DNA of 64,000 bases from Amphiscolops sp. MND2022 (lineage: Eukaryota): the NCBI GenBank assembly GCA_964187785.1, contig OZ076409.1, positions 10,604,001-10,668,000 of the forward strand. The letters run 5' to 3'. Position numbers and translations under genes: made by a program. Shown here one piece after another: positions 10,501 through 20,900 of this stretch (position 1 is the first letter of the stretch; the number at the start of each line of letters is the position of its first letter). The notes under the pieces were generated by a model. It saw only the letters and a program-made list of their open reading frames with translations. It was not told the DNA's origin and did no database searches.

Positions 10501-13500
10501 GGAAGCCAGTCTCCCCCACGGTCGCCACGGTGTCCTCTAAAAAGATGTCGTTTTTTAACATTCGGTTAGGTGTTTGGAAATTGATTAGCACGGTTCGAAA
10601 TATGAAAGGTTCTAAGTTGTCTACAAGCAGTTTAGCGCGTAGTATTGCGCGTTCAAAAGGTTGCAACACTACGTCCTGTGCAATCGCTACCGACGAATTG
10701 AGTGATTCGTTACTTACTTGTGTGTGGGCATGGTACCACACTGGTTCAGACGGAGCTCGGACAATGACCTTCATCGCGGTTAGATCCACCAAGACTTGAT
10801 AAGCTCTTAGGAAGTTTCTGCCCAGGAGGAAGTCTTCCACTCCCATGGCGTCGTCAACTACCACGAAGTTAGTTTCCAGTTCGTAGCCTCCCAATTGGAA
10901 CTTGACTTTCTCCGCTAGACCAAAAGTTTTGATCGTTTTCCCATTCGCGGCATACAAGTCAATACCATAAGGTCGTAAGAGTGTCCCAGTGCGCACAGCG
11001 ACTCGATTGTAGGCTGAGAAGGTGAGGATGGACACTCCTGATCCAGTGTCTATCAGACCACGTAATGGCACGGGAGCAGCATCGGGAACCACGAATGAAA
11101 CTACGAGCGACACACGCTCATCGATTCTCGCTTCACCAGTTGGTTCTTGAGCATCAATGTTATAGCAGCGCAGCTCCTGTGGTCCCAAGCAGATTCCAGG
11201 AGGAAATGCGTCAGTAATGATAGTGGCACCAAAATGCATGTCAACACCATCTATGCAAACTTTGACTGGAATCGGGGAATAGGCATGATACGTCGAAGTG
11301 ACACCTTTTACCTGCCATTCTTCCGGTTGGGGCAGGGTCAATTGTCGGCAATTCTCGTTTGCGGTTATCTCGTCTATCAGGGCGTCTATGGTGAGTTCTG
11401 GGCGGGTTTCCCTCTCAATCGCCAATAGTAATCGGACAGACATGATAGTGCGTCCCGAGGGATCAAAAGTAGTTGGCTCCGGGTTCGTCTGGATTTGAAT
11501 CTTGCCACATGTGACGGTAAGGGGCGTTGCCACGTGAGCGGTTTCAGCAGGACGAAGCATGAGTACCAGTTCATTGTCACTCATTGTTTGAGAAGCAGGT
11601 GGCTGTTCAGCCCAGAGGCTGTAGGCCAAATCCTCATGTACTGGAACATTTTGGCATTGTGATACAGAGTGTTCAGTCATGCCACAATTTACACAGAATA
11701 CGGGGCCAGAACATGCAGAGGCCACATTATTCTCACATAAGTTTACTCGCTCTTCAGGTGCAGCGCGAGCCGCTGGTTTCCTTGCTAGGTCTCGACTTGG
11801 GCATTCCCTTGCAAAGTGACCTGGTAGCCCACAGTTGAAGCATGCTCCTTGGGGAACCACTCTCGCTGGTTGCTGTTGTGCAGGAGCCTGTTTTACTGAT
11901 GCAGGGGCTGGTGGAGCCATTTGGGGTTTAGACTCTCGTTGTCCTTGGTTAGGAGGTAGTACGTTTTGCGGTAGGCCTGGTGCTGGATGAACCAATTTTC
12001 CTGGCACGAAAGGATGAGGCCTCGATCTCATTGCATACCTTGGGTCGTAAGGTTTTGACGTGTTTGGGCGATGCCGTTGCAATTGTCTCGTGGTGAACCT
12101 TAGGGATTCTACAGTTGGTGGTTCGGTCAGATATGCCTCTGCAGCGTATACCACGGCCAACTCTTGTCGCAGCGTCGGATCATTGACACCATCTATAAAA
12201 CGTTGCAGGATCTCATAACGACGTGTAGTGATAGGCTCATCTGGGAAACCTTGGGTGCGCAGACCTTCTAATGCGTCCAGGAATTGCATCCAATCTTCTT
12301 TTTCCTGTTGGACACGAGACATGAAGGTTTGTCTTACGTGCATGCGATTCCCACCGGTTCCAAATCTGCTGGCCAAGAGAGAGAATACCTTGTCGGGCTC
12401 GTCTCGTTCAGGTTCAGATTTGTTGATAATATAATTTCTCGCCTCTCCTTCCAGGTGGTCGATGATAGCCCAGGCTCTGTCGATTTTTGGGGATTTTGCA
12501 TGCACCCTTTCTAGAAATCGCTTCATCACTGGGAGCCATCCATCGACAGAACCATCTTTAGTGCCTTTGTATACCGTAGGGCGCACCCTAGTTTGGTCTC
12601 GATTAGCAATCAGCGGTGCTAGTTCCTTGGACATGGCTTTAGATATTGCCTCGGTAAACCTGAGTTGCTCCGGTGATATAGGCGTTTCTTCGCTGATAGC
12701 TGGTGGCGGGATACTGCTGCCTCGCGTTGAGTTGACAGAGTCATCGGTGTTCTCGGGGAGAGTCACTTCTCGGCGTCGAGTACTGCTAGCGCATGGGTTG
12801 CCCGAGGGTAACTCGTCGTTCGCGGTTTGGAATTCTGCAGCTGATTCTCCCAAAGTTGCATTTGCTGTTTGGAAGGTGCTAGTGACTTCGGTTAGCATGT
12901 TTGCGCGTGTGGGCTCTCGCAGGTCGCTAATACCCATGCTTGAAGTGTCGATAGTTATCACCTCGCATGTTGGTTCTTTCTTGTGAGTTTTGGTTGTGGG
13001 TGGAATATTTTTTGTTGATACCGCAGATGGGATAAATTTCGTCGATGTTGACGCAGCTTCTCCATTTGAGACCAGAGTTTGTGGCAAGGGCGCGTACCTA
13101 GCCAAGTGTTGTTTAGAGCCAGATGGGTTTGTCGAAATCGTCACACTCTCTTTTGGTTTGAGGGAGACGCTTTTCATGGGTTTTGGCAGTGATATATCAG
13201 TGTCTTGCAGCAATTCTCTGATAGTGTTGCTTACTGGTGCGGGTTGAGGTTGGATATTTTTCAACATGGTGCCCATTGCTTGTATCTGTGAACATACCTC
13301 TTGCAGTTGAGCTTCCATGCGCACCTCTCTTTCGGTCACCATGTCTTTTATTTCGGCCATTCGATAACCCATGGCATCCATTCGAGCTGCCTGAATTTCA
13401 TGTCCTTGCGCTTGTCGCTCAGTCGAAGTTCGCAGTTCAGTTTGTACGGCTTCTATCTCTTCCATTATTGACTGATGCTCTCTGTCGCACCTTGCTTTAC

Positions 13501-14332
13501 GCTCAGACAGTTGTGAAGCAGCTTGCTTCACGCCTATCTGGGCATCTAACAGAGCTTTGCGTGCTTTCGCTGCTTCATGTACGGCTCGATATGCTGAAGA
13601 TCGGGCAGATGCAGCTTTTGATGAAGGTGAGGATGAGCGCGAGTCGCCATGAGGTCCTGTAGTGCCAGTCTGTGCTAGTAAGGCTGGAGGCCGTACTTGC
13701 TTACCCTTCCCAGATGCTCGGGGGGCCGTAGCTTCTTGAAGACGTGTCCTGGCATAGTTCATACCCCCGACATAGGACATTTGTTGCAATATCTCTGCCG
13801 TGTTCGCAGTGCTCTCGCTGGCCACGCTGGGAGCTTTGAGTTGTCCAGTGGCATTCAAGCAACTCATTTCAGTTTCTTCCTCAGCGTTTGTCCTGTTGGA
13901 GTTGGGCCATGTTCCTGCTTCGTCAGTACCGAAAGGTGTGACGGCTACTTTGGTGAGTTCTTGTAACCATTTGGACGTGTGCGCCTGACTTCCTGTTTCG
14001 TCTGCTGAACCTCCGATATCATCGGTAGTCTTGGCAACCGGCTTGGCTTGATATTCCTCCGATGCGTCGTCTGACATAGGGTCTGAAAAATCGGGTTCCA
14101 TAATGAAACTGTCATCAGTTGGCCAATCTTCCTCCTTGGGATCTGAGGTCAAGTCTGATATTGCACTGAGGTTTGTCTCGCACCCCGTTGGATCTGGTGT
14201 CTTTGATGTTTCAGTACATCGCGAGATGTCCTTCCTCCCCCCTCTTGAATGATTAGAGCGTCGCTGGGTGTTCGCGCGGCCTAATGTTCTCGTTATGGAA
14301 ATCCAAAGGTTACGCAAACTGTTGGGTTTCAT
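4550..14332 (-). CDS. gag-pol: Gag-Pol polyprotein, 3260 aa: capsid, two Zn knuckles, protease, RT, RNase H, integrase, C-terminal AT-hooks and macrodomain-like region
   Basis: CFNCGLPGHFARECP and CVNCGMTEHSVSQC knuckles; LIDTGSG protease; YIDD RT; TDASG RNase H; H-x4-H...CxxC zinc motif, DDE core and WRGPH of integrase; RGRP AT-hook cores. Confidence 0.97.
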   Translation of the reverse strand: MKPNSLRNLWISITRTLGRANTQRRSNHSRGGRKDISRCTETSKTPDPTGCETNLSAISDLTSDPKEEDWPTDDSFIMEPDFSDPMSDDASEEYQAKPVAKTTDDIGGSADETGSQAHTSKWLQELTKVAVTPFGTDEAGTWPNSNRTNAEEETEMSCLNATGQLKAPSVASESTANTAEILQQMSYVGGMNYARTRLQEATAPRASGKGKQVRPPALLAQTGTTGPHGDSRSSSPSSKAASARSSAYRAVHEAAKARKALLDAQIGVKQAASQLSERKARCDREHQSIMEEIEAVQTELRTSTERQAQGHEIQAARMDAMGYRMAEIKDMVTEREVRMEAQLQEVCSQIQAMGTMLKNIQPQPAPVSNTIRELLQDTDISLPKPMKSVSLKPKESVTISTNPSGSKQHLARYAPLPQTLVSNGEAASTSTKFIPSAVSTKNIPPTTKTHKKEPTCEVITIDTSSMGISDLREPTRANMLTEVTSTFQTANATLGESAAEFQTANDELPSGNPCASSTRRREVTLPENTDDSVNSTRGSSIPPPAISEETPISPEQLRFTEAISKAMSKELAPLIANRDQTRVRPTVYKGTKDGSVDGWLPVMKRFLERVHAKSPKIDRAWAIIDHLEGEARNYIINKSEPERDEPDKVFSLLASRFGTGGNRMHVRQTFMSRVQQEKEDWMQFLDALEGLRTQGFPDEPITTRRYEILQRFIDGVNDPTLRQELAVVYAAEAYLTEPPTVESLRFTTRQLQRHRPNTSKPYDPRYAMRSRPHPFVPGKLVHPAPGLPQNVLPPNQGQRESKPQMAPPAPASVKQAPAQQQPARVVPQGACFNCGLPGHFARECPSRDLARKPAARAAPEERVNLCENNVASACSGPVFCVNCGMTEHSVSQCQNVPVHEDLAYSLWAEQPPASQTMSDNELVLMLRPAETAHVATPLTVTCGKIQIQTNPEPTTFDPSGRTIMSVRLLLAIERETRPELTIDALIDEITANENCRQLTLPQPEEWQVKGVTSTYHAYSPIPVKVCIDGVDMHFGATIITDAFPPGICLGPQELRCYNIDAQEPTGEARIDERVSLVVSFVVPDAAPVPLRGLIDTGSGVSILTFSAYNRVAVRTGTLLRPYGIDLYAANGKTIKTFGLAEKVKFQLGGYELETNFVVVDDAMGVEDFLLGRNFLRAYQVLVDLTAMKVIVRAPSEPVWYHAHTQVSNESLNSSVAIAQDVVLQPFERAILRAKLLVDNLEPFIFRTVLINFQTPNRMLKNDIFLEDTVATVGETGFLYVSLGNLTSNVQRIKKGTLLGTAVPVTMVHKAIPQIVPGQSSETQQSNANYVCKVYEQMNLESSSEYSSSSEFEFLSSTEPSELGLSEREVKKRTDPALMAPIPGPEAQLDEVRGLWGSTASDTLSKLLNEFDDLFMKFKADIGKCKIAKHPVEVEPGAVPHREGARRMSPDKAERANQEVRDLLALGMIQPSLSPWASGIVMVKKKSGELRFCCDFRPLNEVTIKDAYPLPRIDESLSRLGKAKIYTSIDLAWAFWQIPVRKADRQKTAFACELGLFEWRRMPFGMCNASATFQRAIARALQRIVNREGSMVMAYIDDIVIATETIEDHMERLREVFQCLREAGFKMRVSKCDFMKSEIKYLGRVVSADGIKPDPKAVTKLKEWDIPRTKTELQSFLGFANYYRDFIPWHAKLVAPLHAITGGASSFLWGEEQQRAFNSIKVALMEATALAQPDTEGEFVLDTDASGVAISGILHQWQGPPESRKLRPIVFGSKKLTATQAKYGAPKLEMYAAYYFILKNHSYLCPRKFTLRVDNQALSWLKTYSMDQAIIGRWIMALEKYHFSIEHRPRTQHRNADGLSKRTNDYKKHEKQLKGLPAIADKWDFLSQEEYNKLPLAPWFDVHGRVIPNHPELPAHLQRLGSQSSPETTVAAPSRKSGGSKRNATIREEAMRAPLPTLPKPELTLPAELYPEYPEDWLELTEEYQRDYLLPTHAANVPSRTTYPLMEKQATSTAPEHVKQAAFVVNSISMELHEHANTVHGLKDLLLAQNRDVHILAIKKLVMQESIDNHYHHDDVFPENVRTFAKNYHKQKKNLLLINANGILCVKYSKTQRALHERPCMIVMPQLYQHEILFKAHDAMGHQGIAKVLARIQERHTWPGIRRTIGQYVSQCITCQQVRDKPGDVRFHLKNIQSGYFNELVQYDHMKICPSDDGNTGILVIIDHFSKLAEAVPCNHDEYDAATTSKLLLQKWFARHGTPTRMQSDNAPNFTAAVSTEFMKAAQVTKVTSTAGHPRTQGLVERQNRTLLTLLRVFCSRRMRDWDQYLDEVMGAYNSTRHATTGFSPYMLTRGMEKAIPLTFLYPEFATQSFESHEAYVEHVLARQQEIHDLVRRNTHQAQQRQKLKYDRAIRAKAYEVGEPVWVFCRYIPQKGSPKLMRAWRGPHKVARVLQEGRVYILDTGQKVHFERLKPHHGGPTEWAAVPAHNGEVAIIMDPDPEQSHEEVRDDASQPSYRAEEPISEASDASLPSRQRHWMDTRLRTHMRAGGSRLHYQQFGYSSTESDDERSDVLLSSAQTNPDESVILPSQVDEPAPIPEMPISPLPAMEALFSENEAVPDALDVAPNPNIHVPTESAATSLTGTSAPLLTNPSLTDMLSNFPIWPLIDDNDLNPTLDDDGADTPTTNSEKGSIPPVTNPINNNAATTTKLPNAPRGRGPRGRPPGRARPRASLPRGHQRRGAIRGTRKRGRPRGRPPRTTHARPNTPTHIRNTPSMDTDSSAPSAAVTSDQAAPPESTNAHYGLRRNRIPRYRCGTCGLRNCECNYMVHAGFPIESQGVLLAREQEKPLPSGMVDRLVIRAEKTYTGLQRSDTPYPVDYILSKMKDSTIARAPCPRFKEWTYDLVGLEFTLPITVPPLPTNIAFGPFNYEREPIQMIRCIPADLLYDKYNVTAKPGDVYQPTSNWWLLVTAKQASDLVHPTNLNTCLESLRTMASPDKITCFHTIDLYRGKIKFEWWLELIIAVLSNFSRIRFLDEWTHSFPSPVSLQSALHALDTWSRANIDNQSLPRSVWQDLGAIKGLLPNACDDALSKDPGRELVYHGAARPQLVDYVQYANTDFLQTPHHIVLCCPANLETSSAALRYVIREHGADAIFQLRPEVGNIVTLPTSLIDGHPQTIHLLITRATPRCPMLADILFGCLDHLKTLLERLEAIEVHFAIVDPERPIRNLFDFYACLMDVFADTPLTVVLHDRVYVSIASVASFP

Positions 14333-16687
14333 GATTTCGCACGTCTCGAAAAAGTCAAAAATCGATCTAGGGGTCGTACCGGCGTGAAACTTACACAGCG
14401 TGTTGATACCGTGGTGTGGGGCCGGAAACCGTGCGTTTGGGGCTTACGGAATAGCTGATTCGCAAACAATTGGGTTTTTAGACAATTTTTGAGTTTTTTA
14501 AATTTCTTTGGAAATGACTAAGATCCCTCGAACGCAACGTCTAATCGTCGGAAACACTTGAAAATTGGCCACCTGACCTTGTGGTAGGTGTACTACACGA
14601 TAGCAAAATTAAATCCAAGCTAGGGTTTTTATTTCAAGATTTAGGTTGATCCGGACATTCGGTACCTTCAGTCATCAAAATACATCAATTTTCATGCTTA
14701 TTTCGAGATTGTGCTCTACTGAAAAAAGCTGGCGGGCTCAAAATTTGCAAAACAACGTAATATCTGGTACAAATGGTAGAAATGAACTGCAATTCAACCT
14801 CGTTTTTCAATTAAGGTATTCGGATCACTCGGGAAAAATTTGAAAAATCACCCTCTATGCCCAGCTTTTTGAGTGGTTCGTTTTTTCTATTTTCTCACCA
14901 AGTACCGGTTGGATTGACACGAAACTTTGTAGTTACAGCCGATGAGTGTGTGCAATGCCGGTGAGACCATCAAAAGAAAGCGCGGACGCTTATTTGAGGT
15001 TTCGACCTTACTTGGACAACACTCATAAAGAAAAACAATCTTAGGCTACTTTCTTCACAAATTGGCTAAGAGGGTCACCTCAAAAAGTGGTAGGGTTGAA
15101 AAAATGGGATCTACGTGTTGCCCCACTACTCGTAATACTAGAATAAACCCTCGAATAGATGTGCCCGTTAAGTACGAGGCACCGACAGTCCTTCAGTTTT
15201 GGATTATTTCGGTAGTTTTACAGTCCTCTGAAGTTGAAACGTTAGAGCACTTTTCTCAATTTTGGTGAAAGTTACGTTCACCAAATTTTCGGCACTAACG
15301 TTAATTTTGGTGGTGGTTACGAAAATGCAACCACTTTTTGGCTAGGGTTCAGGAATCGATGACCCGACCCTAGCTCAGAGACAGTCCGGTTTTGTGGAAA
15401 ATTGATCAAATTCAGTGCGTTTTTTCACTTTTCTCAGCACTGAATGGGAATTTTTGCATGCGGTTTTCACTATAGATCGTTAAATTTACTGAATAAACTG
15501 AAAATAATAGCCCGGGGGCTATTCTAAGTGTAGAAGTGTTCGTCAAATGTCAAGTTGGGTTTCTTCTAAGAGTACTATAGAAAAACCTTAAAATCACAAT
15601 TTTCGTAACTTTTTTCAAGAAGTAGTGGTTATAATTACCAAAATGAGTATTGTTGGGTACCGGCAGGTGTACCCCAACCTAATTGCAACCATACGGGGAT
15701 GTTTAAAAGCTTTCACACAAGTTCCCCCATAAGTCCAAAGTGCTAAAATGTTCAATCTTTCAAAAACGGGTTTTCTTCCTCACAAAACTTATACTAAGTG
15801 CCTTTTCGGGCAACTTTGAGTACTTCGTCGCGTTTTTTGCGAACTCGTTAGAGTCCTGAGCTACTTTTATTTAATTTCTGCAGGTGTGTGGCTAGCACCA
15901 AGAGCGCTCGCGCTCATGTAGGTGTTTCGCCTCAAAATGGCCAAATTTGGCACTTTTCGTCGAAAATACATGAGGAAACGCACTTTTTTCGCACAAAACT
16001 GGTGCAAAAGCACACACTTAGTTACAGAAGGCTCGTAAAAACATTGGCAAATGGTCGTACACAAAATTTTGAGCAACCCAAAAAAATTTTTTAACCTGAC
16101 TCAAAAATATCATACAACCCGGACTGACGAGTCGTGTCTTCCCGTTCTTTTTGCTCATCACCCAGAACAGCCAGAGACAAGCGGGTTGCACCATTAGACA
16201 CGTCAGCATTTGTAGTACGTCTCCACCAAATTTCATTTCTCTAGGTTGCCTGTACGGGAAATGGGATTGGTGAGTCGTATAACTCGTTTCGGCAGATTGT
16301 AGGATTCCTCTGAGTAAGGGTTATCCTCTTCTCAACACTCACTTCATTGGTCATAAAAAGCTGAAAAAGGCTAGAAAACACCTGTTAACACTTCTAGCAG
16401 CCTCCCAGTGGCTTGCTAGACCAATATTATGAGTGACCCGTTAAGAGGGTAGACTATTTCAATCGTTACCTGTCAACTACTAAAAAAGCATGAAAATCAC
16501 AACATACAGCGCTTTTTTATAAGATTTACCTTTATCCACCGGGATTGAAATCTTCAATGACACACACAGGGTAAAAACGTGGAAAAACTCTGGTTCTCTC
16601 TTCTTTCCATCAGAGTCGGGTCGTACTTGGCGTCAATCACCAGAGGGTCGGCTATTTTAAAACCATTAAGGGAAGCACTTCGAAGCG

Positions 16688-16705
16688 ATCCCTCTGTGGT
16701 CGCCA
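16688..16705 (-). other. Primer-binding site of element A, tRNA-Arg-like
   Basis: Minus strand reads ...GACATCA ttttt TGGCGACCACAGAGGGAT, complementary to a tRNA 3' end ...UCCCUCUGUGGUCGCCA that resembles tRNA-Arg(UCG). Confidence 0.75.
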
Positions 16706-16710
16706 AAAAA

Positions 16711-17397
16711 TGATGTCTCTATGTGACGACAAGCTCTCACCATTGTCGCCGTAACCATAAGAGTTAGAGGAACACATGATATGGGCATTTGCCCGGGACA
16801 GGCGCCCATGACCATGAGCTCATTTTGCCTCTTTCGGGTAAAAACTGTCCCGTCAGAGGAGGATTCCGCTTCTTGTGAAGTGCTCGCCGGCCTGATCCAG
16901 TCTGTAATTGCTATCAGTAGTGCGCATTACGCTTTTTCTTCGAAATCAACACTTAGACAGCCTTTAAAAAATGCAAGTGGTGGAAAGGAAAAATCAAGTT
17001 TTATCGAAGTTACACAGGAGATTGAAATGAGTAGCTCACGAGCTGTTACGACAAGAAAATACGAAAATTACTACATAATTAGCACTTTTGAGGCAGCAAT
17101 TAGCCGGGGACACAAGCACGGATGCTTGGTCAAGCTAATTGACTCATTTTTGGTAATCACAGCGTCTTGTAACGCTTCGCTGAAGAAAGCACTGGTTAGA
17201 ACAAAGTTCAGTCCGTTTTGGCAGAAATTTGAGTCTTTTTCTGATAGTGGCCGTGTTTTTCTGCAATCTTCTCGTTCGGTTGGGGTCTCTTTCGAGTCTC
17301 TTGCTCAAATCCTCTTCAATTCCGTGGACAGGTACTTGAATAAAGACACGCTGCCGTCTGGCGGAATATGACTCTTTAGTAGAGGAGATATAGTCCC
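16711..17397 (-). repeat. Part of the 5' LTR of element A (truncated by gap)
   Basis: Ends in CA on the minus strand 5 nt before the PBS; the partner LTR is outside the window, so the other boundary cannot be checked. Confidence 0.65.
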
Positions 17398-17597
17398 NNN
17401 NNNNNNNNNNNNNNNNNNNNNNNNNNNNNNNNNNNNNNNNNNNNNNNNNNNNNNNNNNNNNNNNNNNNNNNNNNNNNNNNNNNNNNNNNNNNNNNNNNNN
17501 NNNNNNNNNNNNNNNNNNNNNNNNNNNNNNNNNNNNNNNNNNNNNNNNNNNNNNNNNNNNNNNNNNNNNNNNNNNNNNNNNNNNNNNNNNNNNNNNN
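17398..17597. other. Assembly gap (200 N)
   Basis: Run of N; contiguity across it is not guaranteed. Confidence 1.
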
Positions 17598-17948
17598 GTG
17601 CTTACGACAATGCTAATTATCTAAACCTTTTGTCGGTGAGCGTTAGGCGTATCTTTACCCACAAAAACAAAATCGTTGAAAAGTTTCACCAAAATTGCAT
17701 AATCATGTGGAAAAATGGAGAATCTGAATCTTTGTCTTGTTTGTGTCATTTTGGGCACTTTTTGAACACTTCTTCCAAAATTTTGAAATATCTCTAAAAG
17801 CAAACTTCCACCAAAAACTTGTGGAGAAATAATTAAGTTTGAAAATGGTCGTTTTCGAAACAAACGCTGCGGCTGTGGTGATAATTTTCCATTCGCATAT
17901 GAGAATATGGGCGGAAAATAACAGTTTTATTGCTGGCTGTTGTTTCAG

Positions 17949-20900
17949 TGTTGCCTTCGAAGAAGTCAGAGGAGTCTTCAGACACAGATGACAACAGCAA
18001 AACCTCCTCAAGGTAAGTGCACCATGAAAAACTTTACTTTACACCTCTAATAGTGGCTAAGAGAATTAGCGGCCGCGCAGGAACTTTTAAGCGGTTTCAC
18101 TAGCCATTCAAATTAGCTGCAACTAATGGAATGTCCAAGCTCTAAATTTCCTTCAAAATGTTCTAAAAATTCAAAGCGCTTGTAAAACTCATATAGTATA
18201 ATACATTTCAGTTTTTTGCAAAAAATAAACTAAATTATCATTTAGTTGTAAAATATACTTGAAGTCAAACATTGGATTGATTGGAGGAAAACTTTTTCAG
18301 CGAAATAGCGAATATGAAATTAGAGGTTCAGAGATTTGCGAAAACAATTAGCGATATCAAATTCCTGCTTCATTGGTAGTTCTACCGGTTATGCTCTCTT
18401 GATATGAAAATGCAATTTTTGCAATGATTCATAAACTATACGGGCATAAAGAAACCAATTTTTTTGACAAATGTGCTCGTTTTTGAATTTGTATTCAATA
18501 TCTCAACTTTTCCTTAGTGCAGACTCGCGCTTATTAATGTGAAGTTTGTAACCCTATTCATGTGATAACTATATAATCAGTACCCAATTAATATCAACAT
18601 ATTATTCTTTTTGCTTATTTTTGTTTAAAAACCATGGATTACCTACAGACCAGTTTGAATCATCGATAATCAATCATGATTCCTTCCTTGTAAATTTACG
18701 TGCATTTTGGTAAGATGTACCTGTCATTTGAGCCCAAAAATTTCTCGAAGCCAGAGTTTTTATTTCCCACTTTTCTACTTCACTGTATCTTGACTGAAAT
18801 TGTGCAATTCCTACAAAAAGATTTATCTTGATCGAAATTTGACAGGTATTATTTTTTTCCTGAGGGGCATCATCAATTATTTATGTTGCAACTCTATTTT
18901 TCCTTAGTTTTGAGAAAAAGGGAAACGTTTTTAGTTCACTTACAAAGTGTTGATAAGGTTGATTCAATTGTCAATCAGTGGAAAGTAATCAACATGGTTT
19001 CGTGGGAATTGCGAAATACCAACTTCATTTTGGTTGGGCACAATTCGATTGAAATAGAATCACTCAAAAATCTATTTCCGAAAATACTTTTTTCTTTCAT
19101 GGCAGAACTTTTTTAGTCAGTGCTTTCTAAAAAATTGCGGTGTATACTGATACAATTTTCAAGGTATCCAATTTCTACCGGAGGTTTGAATGAATTGATC
19201 TCCGGTTCCAAATTTAGCTGATGCAGCCGAAAGCCATTATTGTTCGAAAAATTCCTGAGAAATAGAATGAAGATATATAAAAGATGAAAATCGTGCACTG
19301 ACCATGTATAACCTCGTTAGGCGATTTTTTTCACAATCAATAAAAGAATACGAAACGCAAAAAGCATACAGGAAAACGAAAGTTTGTCTTTCTTATCAAC
19401 AAGCTATTGGTCTATTTGGTGCGAGTTGTTATTTGTGTCAATATAAGTTTGTTTTTCGAACCGCCGGCAAAAAAGTAACTGGAAAAAAGTGAAAATTTGC
19501 AAAAAATACTTCTCAGAAATTAGCCTTTTCTCAATAACACAGCAACTGTTTGCTAAGTTACTGTCACACTCTAGTAACACAGCTTGCCAGCAATGAAAAC
19601 GCATATAGAAGTATTTTTGATGGAGCTTCAGCTAAGAGTTTACGCCAACTCCCAGCTTAACTAGTGTGCATTTGAAAGCTTAGGTAAAGGGCTTTCAGGA
19701 GCAGAAAACCGATTTGAGCTGTTGCTATTATTCGTAGAGAAATTAAGAATTAATTCATTAATTAAAAAATGTTTGCAGTTTTTTGTCAATATTTCGACTT
19801 CTCGGTGTGCTGACGAGGTTAAAACATGAAAGCGATCGAATGATCATTTATGGAGAATTTTCTGTCATAGCATAACCATATATTTTTTATATATGACTTT
19901 CAGTCATTTCCATATACTTTCAGTTGTTTCCATAAATGTAAACAAAATGAACTGAGAGTTAGACCAACCGAGTTTGATATTTTTGAGTTTCATTAACTCT
20001 TAGCTGTCTCTTTTGCAAAAAGATCCGAGTATTTCTCTGACTAAATTTTCTACGGCATCACACTGTAATTTGACTTGTAAAAAATTTTGTTAATCTTTTC
20101 GGTGCTTTTCTGTCGTCGTGCAACAAGAAGAGTTCCTTTTTGACATTTTGATGTTTTTATATGCAAAGAAACCTTTTTCAGCTTGTATCAACGTTTCCAG
20201 TTACGTCTCATGCGTAATATAAGCCTCTATGAAGCCACAAGATCCTACTTTGGGACTCTTTCTTCGTCTTTCTAGTAAAAATCTGATCAACTGCCCCTGA
20301 ACATAAAAGAAAGATTTTGATTTTTGTTGACCGTAAACAGATCAACTGAATTGTATCAGTGGACAATATGATTTCCCGCTTTCTGGTGTCAATCGACTGC
20401 AAACAATGTTGTTAACCTCAACCTCTAGGCTCAGGTGCAAAAATTTTCACCTCTGGTCCAAATGTCCCACACTTGAACAAGCTTTTAAACGAATCTTGGT
20501 GTCTCCCCTAGTCGAGATTGCTTGAACTTTTTACATGCTGCATGGGAACATGCAGGCTAGTTTTTTTTTACAAAACATGGAAAATTCCGGGACCTGCATG
20601 GAAACATTTTGTAGGATTACAATGCAGCTTCCACTATTACAATTAAAATTGAAAACATTTTCACTTCTTCACTGCCGCGATCACTTTGTTTTCACACATT
20701 AGTTTCTAAAATAGGTACCTCATATAATCACCGTTAGTCAAATAACACGCTGAATATGAGGCTACTTTGAAACTTATAATATGACTGAAGTTTATTTGCA
20801 TTAAAATTGCGGTAAAATTGACGGTCTCAGCTGCTTTCAAAATTAGAACGGCGTCTTAATGAAACCTGCAAAACTTTGCGGCGCAAAATTGCCGTCAAAT

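Larger units (their letters stand above)
1..17397 (-). mobile_element. Element A: giant Ty3/Gypsy LTR retrotransposon (>17 kb; 3' end beyond window start, 5' LTR runs into assembly gap)
   Basis: Order on minus strand: LTR end (16711), PBS (16688-16705), 2.35 kb leader, single Gag-Pol ORF with PR-RT-RH-IN order, then a second long ORF. Confidence 0.93.

Noticed and set aside
94..13988. Numerous short plus-strand and alternative-frame ORFs over element A
   Set aside because: Shadows of ORF2 and gag-pol; no independent motifs.
16781..17371. 196-aa plus-strand ORF
   Set aside because: Lies in the LTR of element A, antisense, with no recognisable domain.
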